Source: the human T2T-CHM13v2.0 reference genome, Homo sapiens. From it: a DNA stretch of 64,000 nt. Shown piece by piece: positions 62,633 to 64,000 of this stretch. The notes under the pieces were generated by a model. It was not told the origin of the DNA. It searched no databases and saw only the letters and a program-made list of their open reading frames with translations. Where the stretch lies: the NCBI RefSeq assembly GCF_009914755.1, contig NC_060927.1, one strand, 5' to 3'. Position 1 is the first letter of the stretch, and each line of letters begins with the position of its first letter. The position numbers were made by a program, and so were the translations under genes.

Positions 62633-64000
62633 CTGATTCAATCAAAACATTATTGCCTAATAGTCATGAACCACTGTGCTTATCACTGAGGATTCAATTG
62701 TGCCCAAAAGAGACATGATCTCAGCCACTGCAGAACTCACAGTCTAATTAACAACATAAATTAAAAAGAAATACAAATTAATTCTGTGTTTATAAAATTA
62801 ATACAGTTTTTGAAAGAGACAAGCAGAAAATTAGGTCTACAACACTGAAGAGGTTGAGTTGGAAAGCCTTCTCTGTGAAGGTGTTAATTAAACTAAGACA
62901 AGAAAAGCGAAAAGAACTCATAATTCAAAAATTTCTCCAGACAGAGACAATAGCATGTTCAAAAGCCCCGTAGTAAAAGAGCCTAGAAATTGTCAGAAAG
63001 AAAAAAAAGACAATGCATATGAATTGTGGTAGGCAAGGGGAGAGAGCTGGAAAGGAATTCCACTAATAAATTCATTAATTAGTTATTTCATTCAATGAAT
63101 AAATATTAATTTACTAGTAAAACAATTTTGGAAAAAAAAATGTGTGTAGCATGCACCTTTGAAAAACTTAGAATCAGTGAGAAAGAAAGAGTAACATTTC
63201 ATCATGCAAACAAATATAAATGCATCTGATCCCAGGCAAGCACTATGAAGCTCTGGGCTTTACAATAAGAATATTGACCTAGTCAGGGGTGTTAAAGAAG
63301 ATGAGTGCAGAAGTGAAATTTATCCTGAAATCTTAAAATGAATACAAGTTAGCTTGATTGAGAGAGAAGGAAAATATTTTCTAAATAAGAAATATAGCTA
63401 TACAATTATCTTGTGACTGGAGGAAGTATAAGCTCAAGGAAGTTAAAAGAGGCCAATGTGGCTACAAAGAAAAGAGCAAAGGGAGCTTGTGTGACCAGGA
63501 TGAAGAGAAAGGCTGTGGCTAGAGCATCATGGCTTGTAGCCCCTGCAAGAGTTGTATCCTGATCATAAGAACAAGGGGCCATCTTTAAACAGGAGAGATT
63601 CACATGCACTGATTAAAGTTCAATAAAATTCAGTACATAGTACAGAAAGGAGATAAGAGGGGTCCAGCCTGGCTGTTGTCAGAACTTTCGGGAGCTCTTG
63701 CAGCCTCACTTCTGCAAGAGGATGATGTACTGTGCTGGGGTTGCAACAGCGGACTTGGAGAAAGGTGGTAAGATTCAAGGTAAATAAATCAAAGGGTGGA
63801 ATAGGTAGGCATAAAAGATGACATACATGATTCTAACACACATTGGTGAATGATAGTAGCATCCACTGAGATGACCAAGTACAGTGGCTGGCAGCATGTC
63901 TGAAAAGAGAAATTAAAAGTTCCATTTTGAGTTGCCTGTGAGAAATACAATTGGAAACATTTCAGCTCACTTATTCAGTTCATGTAAGTCTCTGGCTGAA
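62633..64000 (-). mobile_element. L2 fragments (at least two 3' ends)
   Basis: 'ttcaatcaaaacattattg...aaaagagacatgatctcagcc...gaactcacagtcta' and 'gaggccaatgtggct...catccactgagatg...agttccattttg'. Confidence 0.7.

Overview
Primate (most likely human or great-ape) AT-rich intergenic or deep-intronic DNA. I find no recognisable cellular protein-coding exon, tRNA or rRNA gene, or CpG island. Listed ORFs with recognisable content come from Alu, L1, LTR or microsatellite sequence; the rest look like chance ORFs. The window is dominated by interspersed repeats: about 15 Alu/FLAM/FRAM copies, L1PA2/PA3/PA4-5/PA8 and old L1M pieces, L2, MIR and MER2-type DNA elements. It also holds a decayed two-LTR ERV1 provirus (9369-18325) and a four-level nested LTR stack (30714-34524). 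Subfamily names are from recalled consensus sequences, not a database search. I see no new gene system. The most unusual signals are DNA-repair and retrotransposition scars: (i) a 363-bp inverted copy of nearby DNA with a snap-back hairpin inserted into an Alu; (ii) a 77-bp nearby-templated patch inside a TA-rich VNTR; (iii) an ERV-L gag fragment inside the target-site duplication (TSD) of a THE1 provirus; (iv) a short L1 3' transduction; and (v) a twin-primed L1PA2 whose inversion creates a chimeric ORF.
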